A stretch of DNA of 32,000 bases from Geotalea uraniireducens Rf4 (GCF_000016745.1 NC_009483.1:210001-242000); one strand, 5' to 3'. Numbered from the stretch's first letter, positions 1 through 9,237 are shown. The notes: generated from the letters alone by a model not told the origin. Numbers and translations are program-made.

Positions 1-923
1 CTGATGCACTGCATAGCCTGTTTGAATTTGGGGTCGTTCGCCATCTCGGTCCTGCGGTTGTCCATGAGGATGATGTGCAGGTCTTTCATGGAGCCGTCGG
101 TGTTGGGTGCCGGACCGGTGATGATCGAGACATAGCTGGTCAGGAGCTGGGCCGTGGCGCTCCGCGGCAGTGCCGTTAACACAGGGACGACATCGGCAAA
201 TTTTTCAACGAACTTTTCGATGCCGACCAGGGCAATATGGATCTTCGGCAGGGTGGTGACCATCCTGGCGTTACCCTCGTTGGTAACGAGGACGATGCTC
301 CCGGTTTCGGCAACCGCGATATTCCCGCCGGTGATGCCCATGTCTGCTGCCAGGAACTTGGAGCGCAGTTCTTTGCGGGCCACCTCGACCAGTCTCGGGA
401 TGTCGGTGGTCAGGCGCTCATTGACCTCCTTGCTGAAGAGATCGGAAACCTCCTCCTTGGTCATATGGATGGCGGGCATGACCATGTGCGATGGTGTCTG
501 ACCGGCCAACTGGATGATCCATTCTCCCAGGTCCGTTTCCCCGACCGCGATGCCTGCCTTTTCCAGATAACTGTTGAGATGAATCTCTTCCGTGGCCATG
601 GACTTGGATTTGACCACGGTTTTAACGTTGTTTTCTTTGGCAACCTTGAGGATGTATTCCTTGACCTTTTCTGGGTCGTTGGTTTGGAAAACCTTGGCGC
701 CAAGGGCTTCGGCGTTCCGGGTGAAAGCGGCCGCCATCAGGTCCAGATGTGATGCGGCATGGGACTTCCGCTCGGCGATGGTGGTCCGCAGCACCTCGAA
801 GTCGATCCCCTCATAGGCCTTGGCGCGGTTGACCTTGTAGGCCTCGGAAAATTTTCCGAGCGCTCCCGTGAGGTTGGCATTGTTGACAGCCCTGTCGATG
901 GATTCCTTGAAATCACTTTTCAT
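1..923 (-). CDS. lutB: LutB/LldF-type lactate-utilisation iron-sulfur protein, N-terminal part (gene runs off the left edge of the window)
   Basis: Absent from the supplied ORF track because no stop lies inside the window. My reverse-strand translation from ATG 923..921 stays open to position 1. It reads MKSDFKESIDRAVNNANLTGALGKFSEAYKVNRAKAYEGIDFEVLR...ADMGITGGNIAVAETGSIVLVTNEGNARMVTTLPKIHIALVG...LHIILMDNRRTEM, the LUD/DUF162 module that opens LutB-family proteins. Its ATG overlaps the stop of the upstream lutC-like gene (ATGA). Confidence 0.8.
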   Translation of the reverse strand, partial: MKSDFKESIDRAVNNANLTGALGKFSEAYKVNRAKAYEGIDFEVLRTTIAERKSHAASHLDLMAAAFTRNAEALGAKVFQTNDPEKVKEYILKVAKENNVKTVVKSKSMATEEIHLNSYLEKAGIAVGETDLGEWIIQLAGQTPSHMVMPAIHMTKEEVSDLFSKEVNERLTTDIPRLVEVARKELRSKFLAADMGITGGNIAVAETGSIVLVTNEGNARMVTTLPKIHIALVGIEKFVEKFADVVPVLTALPRSATAQLLTSYVSIITGPAPNTDGSMKDLHIILMDNRRTEMANDPKFKQAMQCI

Positions 924-1474
924 TCGGCAACTCCATCCAGCTCATCGATAAAGACGATGACCAGTCGCTTCGGGCCATGCACGCCGATGGTGAGTACGCG
1001 CTCGATGTCGGCAGTCCGGCTCGGCCCGGTGATAAAGGCGATGTACCTGCTTGTCTCGGGGGTGATCCTGCTGAAGACTGCGGTTTTATCGGGCAGGATC
1101 CTGTCTGTCCCGATCAGGGTGATATGGATGACAGGCAGGGTTGCTGCCAGCCTCTGCTCGACAGCGGTCTGGTCCGCCACCAGTGAGCCGGTATCCGTTA
1201 AGGCCCAGCCCGCCTCGCTGATGCCGATCCTGGAATCAGCGGCTGTCTGGCGGCTGACGTTAAAGCTGAGCCCGGGAACTTTCCCGCTAAGCTGCGCAGT
1301 GTCGATACCGGTCAAAAACGGGCCGTTGGCCCAGACCGCATAGGATTGCGGCGCATCGGCCGTACCTTCCTGCTGCAGGAACGTCAGGATGAAGCCGAGA
1401 GCATCTCCCCTGGTTCTGAAGCGATGTACCTCTGCGCCAACCCCCTCTGCCCTGAGCTTGAATTGTTCATACAT
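920..1474 (-). CDS. lutC: LutC/LldG-type lactate utilisation protein (LUD domain)
   Basis: 184-aa ORF. It carries the LUD-domain signature ...GISEAGWALTDTGSLV...HITLIGTDRILPD...ITGPSRTADIE... and is translationally coupled to the downstream lutB-like gene. Confidence 0.85.
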   Translation of the reverse strand: MYEQFKLRAEGVGAEVHRFRTRGDALGFILTFLQQEGTADAPQSYAVWANGPFLTGIDTAQLSGKVPGLSFNVSRQTAADSRIGISEAGWALTDTGSLVADQTAVEQRLAATLPVIHITLIGTDRILPDKTAVFSRITPETSRYIAFITGPSRTADIERVLTIGVHGPKRLVIVFIDELDGVAE

Positions 1475-1771
1475 GGAGTATTGCCCCCTTTTTATTTTCG
1501 CACTTCGAGATAAACATTCTATTGGTCGTATTTAATTTAAAAGGCTGTAAAGCGTCAGAACAAAATCCGGGTTCACAGCACTGCTAAAGTTAAGCCAATG
1601 TTTCATTGGTGTAGGAAAGGCGTTTTAATTCGGGGCCTGTCGCTTTGGTGAATCGTGCTGATCTAACGCCTGCTTATACCATGATTGCAAAATGTATAAC
1701 CACATTACATATTACCATAAACGTCTTAACTCTCCTTGTCAACAGAGTTTTTGAGGGTAAGCAAAAAACAC

Positions 1772-1800
1772 TTGACAGGGTTTTGGTAAAAATAGTAATT
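1772..1800 (+). promoter_or_regulatory. Possible sigma70-type promoter for the lactate permease gene
   Basis: TTGACA at 1772-1777, then AGTAAT (4/6 to TATAAT) after a 16-nt spacer. It lies in the ~450-nt AT-rich divergent intergenic region between lutC and lctP. Pattern match only. Confidence 0.3.
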
Positions 1801-1921
1801 GGTAATACAACTTTGCAGAACTCGATTTTATTTTACGATATACAGATTAATAAAACATCGAACAGATAGCCGCACTGCTCAGGAATTGAAGTCCGGTAAT
1901 TTTACCTAAAGGAGAAACGTT

Positions 1922-3871
1922 ATGCCCTGGATTCAGAGCTACACCCCGGTAGGAGGAAGTCTCGGTTTGTCGGCACTGGTTGCTGCCATTCCACTCGTGG
2001 TAATTTTCGTCTGTCTCGCCGTGCTGAAGATGAAGGCCCACAAGGCAGGACCACTGGCAGTTGTGTCTGCCGTTGCCATCGCCATTGCCGTATGGGGGAT
2101 GCCGGCCAAGCTGGCCGGTCTCGCCTTCATGCAGGGGGCGGCCTTCGGCCTCTTCCCGGTTTTCTACATCGTCATCACCACTTTGTTCCTGTACAACATT
2201 ACCGTCAAGGGGGGGCAGTTCGAAATCATCCGGGCCTCGTTGGCCGGCGTGACCGCGGACCGTCGTATTCAGGCACTTTTGATCGCCTTCTGCTTCGGCG
2301 CCTTCATCGAGGGCGCCGCAGGATTCGGCACGCCGGTAGCCATTGCCGGAGCCACCCTGGTGGGTCTCGGTTTCCGTCCGCTCTATGCCGCCGGTGTCTG
2401 CCTGATCGCCAACACCGCGCCGGTTGCCTTCGGCGCCATCGGTATCCCGGTAGTAGCCCTGGCCGGCGTCATGGGCTACGGCGACGACGGCATGATGAAA
2501 CTCTCCACCATGGTCGGCCGCCAGCTCCCCTTCATCTCCGTTGTCATTCCGTTCTACGTGATCATGATCATGGTCGGCTGGAAGAAGACCATCGAAGTGC
2601 TGCCGGCCATCATTACCTGCGGCGTCACCTTTGCCGTCTGCCAGTGGGCCACCGCCAGCTACCTCGGCCCCTATCTCCCCGACATCATCTCCTCCCTGGC
2701 TGCCATGGCTGCCCTGGTACTGCTGCTGCGCGTCTGGAGCCCTAAAGAGAACTACGTCTTCGACCACGAAGCGGCCAGCAAAGGTGTCGAGCAGCATCAC
2801 TATACCGCCGGCGAGGTGTTCCGCGCCTGGTCACCCTATCTGGCCCTGACCGTGATGGTGCTGTTGTGGGGCATCCCCTCCATCAAGGCCCAGCTTGACA
2901 AGAGCAAAGTGGTCATCACCGTGGCCGGCCTGGATAATATGATCGTCAAGAAGGTCTCCAAGCCCGAGGATGGTCTCAAGAAGATCGCCAAGGTGAACGA
3001 GGAGATCGACAAGCAGCTGGCCACCCTCTCCCCGACCGATCCGAAACAGGCCGAGCTGGCTGCAAAACTTAAGGAGCTGAAGGGGCTTGAGGATGCCTTC
3101 CTGCCGGTTGAAACAGGCCTTGCGGGCAAAGGCGCGGTGCTGACCGACGAGCGCCTCCAGGCCTGCGACCTGGTTTCCAAGAAGATGACCGAAACCAAGA
3201 AGCTCTGCGGCGAACTGGTGAAGATCAACGGCGCCAAGAAGGACCAGTTCAAACCCCTCGAAAAGGCGGTCGCCGACCAGCTGCCGATCAAGCTGGCAGC
3301 CAAGTACAATTTCAACTTCATGTCCGCCGCCGGCACCGCCATCCTGATTGCCGCCTTCCTCTCCGCGCTGCTCTGCGGTGTAGGTATGGGAGATACCATG
3401 AAGATCGCCGGCAAGACCCTCTACGACATGCGCTTCCCGGCACTCACCGTAGCCTCGGTGCTCGGCCTGGCCTACGTCATGAACACCTCGGGCATGACCA
3501 ACTGCCTCGGCCTCGTCTTCACCAAGACCGGCCACTGGTTCCCGTTCATCGCCCCCTTCCTCGGCTGGCTGGGGGTCTTCCTGACCGGCTCCGATACATC
3601 CAGTAACGTGCTCTTCGGCGGCCTGCAAAAGGCCACCGCCGAACAGCTCGGCTTGAACCCGATCCTGACCGGCGCGGCCAACACCAGCGGCGGCGTCATG
3701 GGCAAGATGATCTCGCCCCAGTCTCTGGCCGTGGCTACCGCCGCCTGCGGCATGGTGGGCGAAGAGGGCACCCTGTTCCGCTTCACGCTGAAACACTCGA
3801 TCTTCCTGACCATAGTGGTGGGTATCATCGTCTATCTGCAGGCGTATGTCCTCCAGTGGATGATCCCATAG
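1922..3871 (+). CDS. lctP: L-lactate permease (LctP family), with an extra central hydrophilic insertion
   Basis: 649-aa polytopic membrane ORF with typical LctP blocks (FGLFPVFYIVITTLFLYN, GAFIEGAAGFGTPVAI, FLGWLGVFLTGSDTSSNVLFG, GGVMGKMISPQSLAVA). GGAG-type RBS (aaaggagaaacgttATG). Sits next to lactate utilisation genes. Confidence 0.92.
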   Translation: MPWIQSYTPVGGSLGLSALVAAIPLVVIFVCLAVLKMKAHKAGPLAVVSAVAIAIAVWGMPAKLAGLAFMQGAAFGLFPVFYIVITTLFLYNITVKGGQFEIIRASLAGVTADRRIQALLIAFCFGAFIEGAAGFGTPVAIAGATLVGLGFRPLYAAGVCLIANTAPVAFGAIGIPVVALAGVMGYGDDGMMKLSTMVGRQLPFISVVIPFYVIMIMVGWKKTIEVLPAIITCGVTFAVCQWATASYLGPYLPDIISSLAAMAALVLLLRVWSPKENYVFDHEAASKGVEQHHYTAGEVFRAWSPYLALTVMVLLWGIPSIKAQLDKSKVVITVAGLDNMIVKKVSKPEDGLKKIAKVNEEIDKQLATLSPTDPKQAELAAKLKELKGLEDAFLPVETGLAGKGAVLTDERLQACDLVSKKMTETKKLCGELVKINGAKKDQFKPLEKAVADQLPIKLAAKYNFNFMSAAGTAILIAAFLSALLCGVGMGDTMKIAGKTLYDMRFPALTVASVLGLAYVMNTSGMTNCLGLVFTKTGHWFPFIAPFLGWLGVFLTGSDTSSNVLFGGLQKATAEQLGLNPILTGAANTSGGVMGKMISPQSLAVATAACGMVGEEGTLFRFTLKHSIFLTIVVGIIVYLQAYVLQWMIP

Positions 3872-3906
3872 AGAAGCAGGATAAGGTTTTCGTTCACTTT
3901 GATCAC

Positions 3907-3940
3907 AGTTTGAGGTTGAGAATGCTCTCAGCCTCAAACT
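3907..3940 (+). terminator. Stem-loop downstream of lctP (possible terminator, no U-tract)
   Basis: agtttgaggttgaga-atgc-tctcagcctcaaact forms a 15-bp stem with one G-U pair, starting 36 nt after the lctP stop. No T-run follows, so its function is uncertain. Confidence 0.35.
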
Positions 3941-4187
3941 TAACCCTTAGCCAGCCAAGCCGGAACCAAACAAGAAAAACAAAAACGCAATAAGAACACG
4001 GATCAAATCTGATTTAGCGGATTTACGTGAATTAAGCTGAAATTCGGAACAACATGTTTTTTAAAATCCGCGTACATCCGTTCAATCCGCGTCATCCGCG
4101 TTCTATTGAAGAATTTGATTTTGATTCTGTTCACGTTTTTTAACGACTCAAGTCATAAGAGACTAATCTGATTCTTTAGGAGAAACC

Positions 4188-5354
4188 ATGAACATTCACG
4201 AGTACCAGGCAAAAGCAATTTTGAGAGAGTTTGGTGTCCCAGTTCCCGACGGGCACGTCTGTTACAACGGCGCCAGCGCCCGCGAATGGGCCAAGCGCCT
4301 GGGCGAAGGTCCCTGGGTGGTCAAGGCCCAGATCCACGCCGGCGGACGCGGCAAGGGGGGCGGCGTCAAACTGGCCCGTACTGCCGACGAAGTGCGCAAA
4401 ATAGCCCGAGACATGCTCGGCATGACCCTGCGTACCCACCAGACCGGCCCCGAAGGAAAGGTCGTCACCCGGGTGCTGGTGGAAAACGGCTGCAACATCG
4501 CCAATGAACTGTACGTCAGCCTGGTGGTCGACCGTGGCAGCTCCAGGGTAACCGTCATGGCCTCCACCGAAGGCGGCATGGACATCGAAGAAGTTGCCGC
4601 CCAAACCCCCGAGAAGATCTTCACCGAAACAGTAGATCCCCTGGTCGGCCTGACCGCATTCCAATGCCGCAAGATCGCCTTCAGCCTGGGACTGGGCGGA
4701 AAACTGGTGAACAAGGCCGTCTCAGTGCTTCAAGGTCTCTACAAGACCTTTATCGCCTGCGACTGCTCCATGCTGGAGATCAACCCCCTGGTGATCACCG
4801 CCGAGGACGAGCTGCTCGCACTGGACGCCAAATTCGGATTCGACGACAACGCCGTATTCCGTCACCCCAAGCTCGGCGACATGCGAGACTACGACGAAGA
4901 AGACCCCAACGAAGTCGAAGCCTCACAGCATGACCTCTCCTACATCTCCCTCACCGGCAACATCGGTTGCCTGGTCAACGGCGCCGGCCTGGCCATGGCC
5001 ACCATGGACATCATCAAGCATTACGGCGGCGATCCGGCCAACTTTCTCGACGTCGGGGGCGGAGCCACCATCGAGCGCGTCACCGAAGCCTTCAAGATCA
5101 TCCTCTCCGACAAAAACGTGCAAGGGATACTGGTCAACATCTTCGGCGGCATCATGAAATGCGACATCATCGCCACCGGCGTCGTCGAAGCCGCCAAGCA
5201 GGTTTCCCTCAACGTACCGCTGGTGGTACGATTGGAAGGAACCAACGTAGCCAGGGGCAAGGAGATCCTGGCAGAAAGCGGTCTCAACATCGTTGCCGCC
5301 GACGGCATGGCCGACGCAGCCCAAAAAATCGTCCAGGCCGTGGTAGCCTGCTAA
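4188..5354 (+). CDS. sucC: Succinate--CoA ligase (ADP-forming) beta subunit
   Basis: 388-aa ORF starting [20 protein letters not shown], followed by ...[18 protein letters not shown]..., the canonical SucC N-terminus and ATP-grasp. Strong RBS (taggagaaaccATG). Confidence 0.97.
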   Translation: MNIHEYQAKAILREFGVPVPDGHVCYNGASAREWAKRLGEGPWVVKAQIHAGGRGKGGGVKLARTADEVRKIARDMLGMTLRTHQTGPEGKVVTRVLVENGCNIANELYVSLVVDRGSSRVTVMASTEGGMDIEEVAAQTPEKIFTETVDPLVGLTAFQCRKIAFSLGLGGKLVNKAVSVLQGLYKTFIACDCSMLEINPLVITAEDELLALDAKFGFDDNAVFRHPKLGDMRDYDEEDPNEVEASQHDLSYISLTGNIGCLVNGAGLAMATMDIIKHYGGDPANFLDVGGGATIERVTEAFKIILSDKNVQGILVNIFGGIMKCDIIATGVVEAAKQVSLNVPLVVRLEGTNVARGKEILAESGLNIVAADGMADAAQKIVQAVVAC

Positions 5355-5366
5355 GGAGAGAGAGCA

Positions 5367-6239
5367 ATGAGCATTCTGATCAACAAAGACACCAAGGTCA
5401 TCACCCAGGGGATCACCGGCGCCACCGGCCTGTTTCATGCGCAGGGAGCCCGCGAATACGGCACACAGATGGTCGGCGGCGTAACCCCCGGCAAGGGGGG
5501 CACAACCATAGACGGCTTTCCCGTATACGACACGGTCAGGGAGGCCGTTCTGCAAACCGGCGCCACCGCCTCCGTCATCTACGTCCCGCCACCCTTTGCC
5601 GCCGACTCCATCATGGAAGCAGTCGACGCCGGCATCGAACTGGTCTGCTGCATCACCGAAGGCATCCCCGTCCTGGACATGGTCAAAGTCAAGCAGTACA
5701 TGAAGGGGAAAAAGACCCGTCTGGTCGGTCCCAACTGCCCCGGCGTCATCACCCCCGGCCAGTGCAAGATCGGCATCATGCCCGGCTATATCCACAAACC
5801 CGGCAAAATCGGCGTCGTCTCCAGAAGCGGCACCCTGACCTACGAAGCAGTCTGGCAGCTGACCAGCCTCGGGCTCGGCCAGTCCACCTGTGTCGGCATC
5901 GGCGGAGATCCGGTCAACGGCACCAATCACCTGGACGTACTAAAGATGTTCGAGGCAGACCCGGACACCGAAGCAGTCATCATGATCGGCGAGATCGGCG
6001 GCACCTCCGAGGAAGAGGGGGCCTACTTCGTAAAAGAGCACATGACCAAGCCGGTGGCGGCCTACATCGCCGGGGTCACCGCCCCTCCCGGCAAGCGCAT
6101 GGGGCATGCCGGGGCGATCATCTCCGGCGGCAAGGGCACGGCAACGGAAAAGGTGGCGGTGCTGGAAGAGTGCGGCATCAGCGTTGCGGCCAGTCCGGCC
6201 GAGATGGCCCAGGCGCTGCTGAAGATCTATAAGCCATGA
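5367..6239 (+). CDS. sucD: Succinate--CoA ligase alpha subunit
   Basis: 290-aa ORF with [18 protein letters not shown]..., ...[11 protein letters not shown]..., ...SRSGTLTYE... and ...MGHAGAII..., the SucD CoA-binding region and phosphohistidine loop. Starts 12 nt after sucC. Confidence 0.97.
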   Translation: MSILINKDTKVITQGITGATGLFHAQGAREYGTQMVGGVTPGKGGTTIDGFPVYDTVREAVLQTGATASVIYVPPPFAADSIMEAVDAGIELVCCITEGIPVLDMVKVKQYMKGKKTRLVGPNCPGVITPGQCKIGIMPGYIHKPGKIGVVSRSGTLTYEAVWQLTSLGLGQSTCVGIGGDPVNGTNHLDVLKMFEADPDTEAVIMIGEIGGTSEEEGAYFVKEHMTKPVAAYIAGVTAPPGKRMGHAGAIISGGKGTATEKVAVLEECGISVAASPAEMAQALLKIYKP

Positions 6240-6298
6240 GGAGTAATGGCGTAGCAAGCGCCTTATCTGCTTCATCCTATTAACCGGAGACCGCTGCA

Positions 6299-6475
6299 AT
6301 GGGAAAATGTAAAGAAAAACCTAAGTATAACGTCGTATCCATGAGGGTTAGCGATGAAGAAAAGGCAACCCTGATCGAGATGACGCTACAAAGCTGCAAG
6401 AGCATTTCCAGGCTTATGCGGGAAGCAATTCGGCTGTATGCCCAGCAGGCAGAGGCTGGCGTCAACCGGAGATGA
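6299..6475 (+). CDS. Small ribbon-helix-helix (CopG/MetJ-like) protein, 58 aa
   Basis: Below the apparent ~60-aa lower size limit of the ORF track; translated by hand as MGKCKEKPKYNVVSMRVSDEEKATLIEMTLQSCKSISRLMREAIRLYAQQAEAGVNRR*. The beta-strand/helix/helix pattern (VVSMRVSDEEK...SISRLMREAIRLY) is typical of RHH DNA-binding domains. GGAG lies 9 nt upstream of the ATG, and an intrinsic terminator follows at 6533-6567. Confidence 0.5.
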   Translation: MGKCKEKPKYNVVSMRVSDEEKATLIEMTLQSCKSISRLMREAIRLYAQQAEAGVNRR

Positions 6476-6532
6476 TAAACCGAATTTGAAGGGTGTTGGA
6501 CGAGCACATACTGCCATGTGTGCTCCTTTCAT

Positions 6533-6567
6533 GGCCGGGGGGAGGTACATCCCCCGGCCAATTTTTC
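6533..6567 (+). terminator. Rho-independent terminator ending the sucCD / small-ORF unit
   Basis: ggccggggg-gaggtacat-cccccggcc forms a 9-bp GC stem followed by aaTTTTTc. A second hairpin (gagcaca...tgtgctc, 6502-6525) lies just upstream. Confidence 0.6.
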
Positions 6568-6701
6568 GACAGGCCGGGAAGTAAGCGCAGTTCATAACCA
6601 GAGGAGGAACGAATGAGGTCGCCGGTCAGCGCGGCATCCTCAAATGATATTGCAATCCGTGAGAATCTGTTGTATTTCTGAACTTCGCTCTCTACCGCTC
6701 T

Positions 6702-7436
6702 ATGTCAGGAAATTCAATGGTTTTCAAACCCATACGTCCGAAAAAAGTCTCAGCACAAATTGCCGAACAGATCCGTTCCTCGATCCTTGCCGGGGAGTTT
6801 GCCCCCGGTGACAAGCTCCCTCCCGAACGCGAACTTGCCGAGATGTTCGGCGTGTCGCGCCCTTCGGTGCGCGAGGCGCTCAATATCCTGACCTCTTCGG
6901 GACTGGTCATGTCCTATCAGGGTGGCGGGACCATCGTCAAGTCCCTGGTGGATATCTCCGCTGGCAGCCCCCTCGCCGAGCTGATCAAGGGAGAACAGGC
7001 GAGGGCTCTCGACGTGATCGAGGTGCGCAAATGCATGGAGGCCTGGACCTCCTATTATGCTGCCCAGCGGGCTCTCCCCGAAGACCTCCGCAAACTGGAG
7101 CGGATTGTCGGGGAGATGGAGCGTAACCTGGAGGAGATGAAACCGTCACAGGATCTTGATGCCAATTTCCATATCATCATTGCCCAGGCAACCCACAACG
7201 TGGTCTGGCTCCACCTCATGCAGAGCATTTTAGATACCATGAGGGAGTTCCAGCGGGGCGTCTGGCGTGCAGTCTATCTTACCGAAGAAGATCACCGGAA
7301 CCTTTTTCTGCATCACCGGGCGGTGTTTGAGGCGATCCGGGACCGTGACGCGGAGCGGGCCAGGGATACGATGCTCACCCATCTCACTTTTGCCGAGCAC
7401 CGCAGCAGTGCTTACGTTACCCAGCAGCAAAAGTAG
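6702..7436 (+). CDS. GntR-family transcriptional regulator, FadR subfamily (winged HTH + FCD domain; LldR/PdhR/GlcC-like)
   Basis: 244-aa ORF. N-terminal GntR HTH (KLPPERELAEMFGVSRPSVREALNIL) and an all-helical C-terminal FCD-like domain (DANFHIIIAQATHN...HHRAVFEAIRDRDAERA). The second ATG at 6717 has the better AGGA spacing and may be the true start. Confidence 0.9.
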   Translation: MSGNSMVFKPIRPKKVSAQIAEQIRSSILAGEFAPGDKLPPERELAEMFGVSRPSVREALNILTSSGLVMSYQGGGTIVKSLVDISAGSPLAELIKGEQARALDVIEVRKCMEAWTSYYAAQRALPEDLRKLERIVGEMERNLEEMKPSQDLDANFHIIIAQATHNVVWLHLMQSILDTMREFQRGVWRAVYLTEEDHRNLFLHHRAVFEAIRDRDAERARDTMLTHLTFAEHRSSAYVTQQQK

Positions 7437-7611
7437 CAGGACGCATACTGTCATCAGGCAACTTCACTTTTCTTGAGACAATTCTACAAGGTGCGCTATT
7501 CGAGAGTTTTCCCTTCTCATACGGTATATTCGCGAAAGCCGCAGAAGTTATCTTCTCGGTGCGCTCTTCCTGGTCGGCACCAACGGCTTTGCCCTGCTTA
7601 TTCCCTGGCTG

Positions 7612-9237
7612 TTGAAGCTGGCCATCGACGCACTGCGCCAACCGCTCGCCACACCGCATACCCCGGCCTACTACGCCGCTTTGATAATCGGCGCCGCGCT
7701 TCTCCAGGGGATTGTCCGCATCTTTTCCCGCACAACCCTGCTCCATGCGGGCCGCCACATCGAGTACATGATCCGCGAGGACCTCTACGCAAAACTCCTC
7801 ACCCTGGACCTTCCCTACTTCTCCCGCGAGCGGACCGGCGACATTCTCTCCCGCTTTGCCAACGACCTGACCAATGTCCGCATGCTGCTCGGCTTCGGCG
7901 TGCTCAATGTGATCAATACCACGGTTGTCTACCTGGCTGCCCTTTTTCTCATGGTCCACATCAGTCCCTACCTCACCATCTGGGCCATCCTCCCCTTTCC
8001 GCTGACCATTATCGCGGTAAAAAGGATGAGCGCCTCCATGTTCCGCCTCTCGCGCAGGGGCCAGGAAGAGCTGTCACGACTCACGAGCCGGGTTGAGGAA
8101 AATGTCTCCGCTGCCGCGGTGATCAAGGCTTACTGCCGGGAAGAGGCCGAGATCGAGGCGTTTCGCGGCATCAGTCGGAGCTATCTTGACTGCAACATGG
8201 GGATGGCCAGGGTCAGGGGGGCAATGATCCCGATCATGGCCGCCACCGGTGCACTGGGAACGCTCATCGTCCTCTTCATCGGCGGCAGCCGGGTCATCTC
8301 CGGGGAACTGACCCTCGGCGACTTCGTCGCCTTCAACGGCTACCTGGCCATGCTCGTCTGGCCGACCCTGATGCTCGGCTGGATCCTCAATCTCATCCAG
8401 CGGGGCGCCGCCTCCATGTCGAGGCTCAACGAGGTGCTCGATGCCAAAGCTACCATCAGGGAGCCGGCGCAGCCCGCGGCCATGGGGACGATAGCGGGGA
8501 ACATCGAGTTCCGCAATCTTTCCTTCACCTATGACAGCGAGCCGTTTTTGCAGGACATCTCGCTGTCGATCCGCAAGGGGATGCGCGTCGGCATTGTCGG
8601 CCCTATCGGCAGCGGCAAATCAACCCTGATGCGACTCATCCCCCGCCTCTTCCCGGTGACAGACGGACAGCTCTTCATCGACGGGGTGGACATCAACCGG
8701 ATTCCGCTTCGGCAGCTGCGCGAGGCCATCGGCTTCGTCCCCCAGGAGAGTTTTCTCTTTTCCCGCACCGTCGGCGACAATGTTGCTTACGGCAAAGAAG
8801 GGGCGACAGCAGCGGAGATCGAGGCAGTCGCCAGCCTGGCGAGCCTGGCGGGGGATATAGAGCGGTTCCCCGACGGCTATGCCACGCTGGTCGGGGAGCG
8901 CGGGGTTACTCTCTCCGGCGGCCAGAAGCAACGGACCGCCATAGCCCGTGCGTTGCTGAAGGATCCGGCCATCCTCATTCTTGACGACCCCCTGTCGGCG
9001 GTGGATGCCCGGACCGAGGAGGATATCCTCCGCGGCTTTGCCGACTACTTCGGCGACCGTACCGTCCTCATCGTCTCCCATCGTCTCTCGGCCCTGCGCG
9101 ACTGCAACCTGATCATCGTCCTGGACAAGGGGCGGATCGTCGAGCAGGGGAGCCACGGGGAACTGCAGGCTCTGGGCGGCCGGTATGCGGCGATTCACCG
9201 CGAGCAGCAGTTAAGGCAAGAGATAGAGGGGTATTGA
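7612..9237 (+). CDS. ABC exporter, fused permease/ATP-binding protein (first of a tandem pair); true 5' end unresolved
   Basis: The ORF-track entry begins at TTG 7612. It has a type-1 exporter TMD, then Walker A GPIGSGKST, signature LSGGQKQR and Walker B ILILDDPLSAVD. The same frame stays open and protein-like back to 7477 (...REFSLLIRYIRESRRSYLLGALFLVGTNGFALLIPWLLKLAIDAL), but has no ATG/GTG/TTG there (see findings). Confidence 0.9.
   Translation: MKLAIDALRQPLATPHTPAYYAALIIGAALLQGIVRIFSRTTLLHAGRHIEYMIREDLYAKLLTLDLPYFSRERTGDILSRFANDLTNVRMLLGFGVLNVINTTVVYLAALFLMVHISPYLTIWAILPFPLTIIAVKRMSASMFRLSRRGQEELSRLTSRVEENVSAAAVIKAYCREEAEIEAFRGISRSYLDCNMGMARVRGAMIPIMAATGALGTLIVLFIGGSRVISGELTLGDFVAFNGYLAMLVWPTLMLGWILNLIQRGAASMSRLNEVLDAKATIREPAQPAAMGTIAGNIEFRNLSFTYDSEPFLQDISLSIRKGMRVGIVGPIGSGKSTLMRLIPRLFPVTDGQLFIDGVDINRIPLRQLREAIGFVPQESFLFSRTVGDNVAYGKEGATAAEIEAVASLASLAGDIERFPDGYATLVGERGVTLSGGQKQRTAIARALLKDPAILILDDPLSAVDARTEEDILRGFADYFGDRTVLIVSHRLSALRDCNLIIVLDKGRIVEQGSHGELQALGGRYAAIHREQQLRQEIEGY

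Noticed and set aside
1847-3937. Long antisense ORFs opposite the lactate permease (1847-2800 and 2831-3937, minus strand)
   Set aside because: These are high-GC shadow ORFs. Their translations are Gly/Asp/His/Arg/Ala-rich low-complexity strings with no family resemblance, and they fully overlap a gene with strong homology signals.
4923-6232. ORFs 4923-5930 (-) and 4967-6232 (+) overlapping sucC/sucD
   Set aside because: Off-frame or antisense products of a high-GC region (runs of R, G, H, D). sucCD are unambiguous in their own frames.
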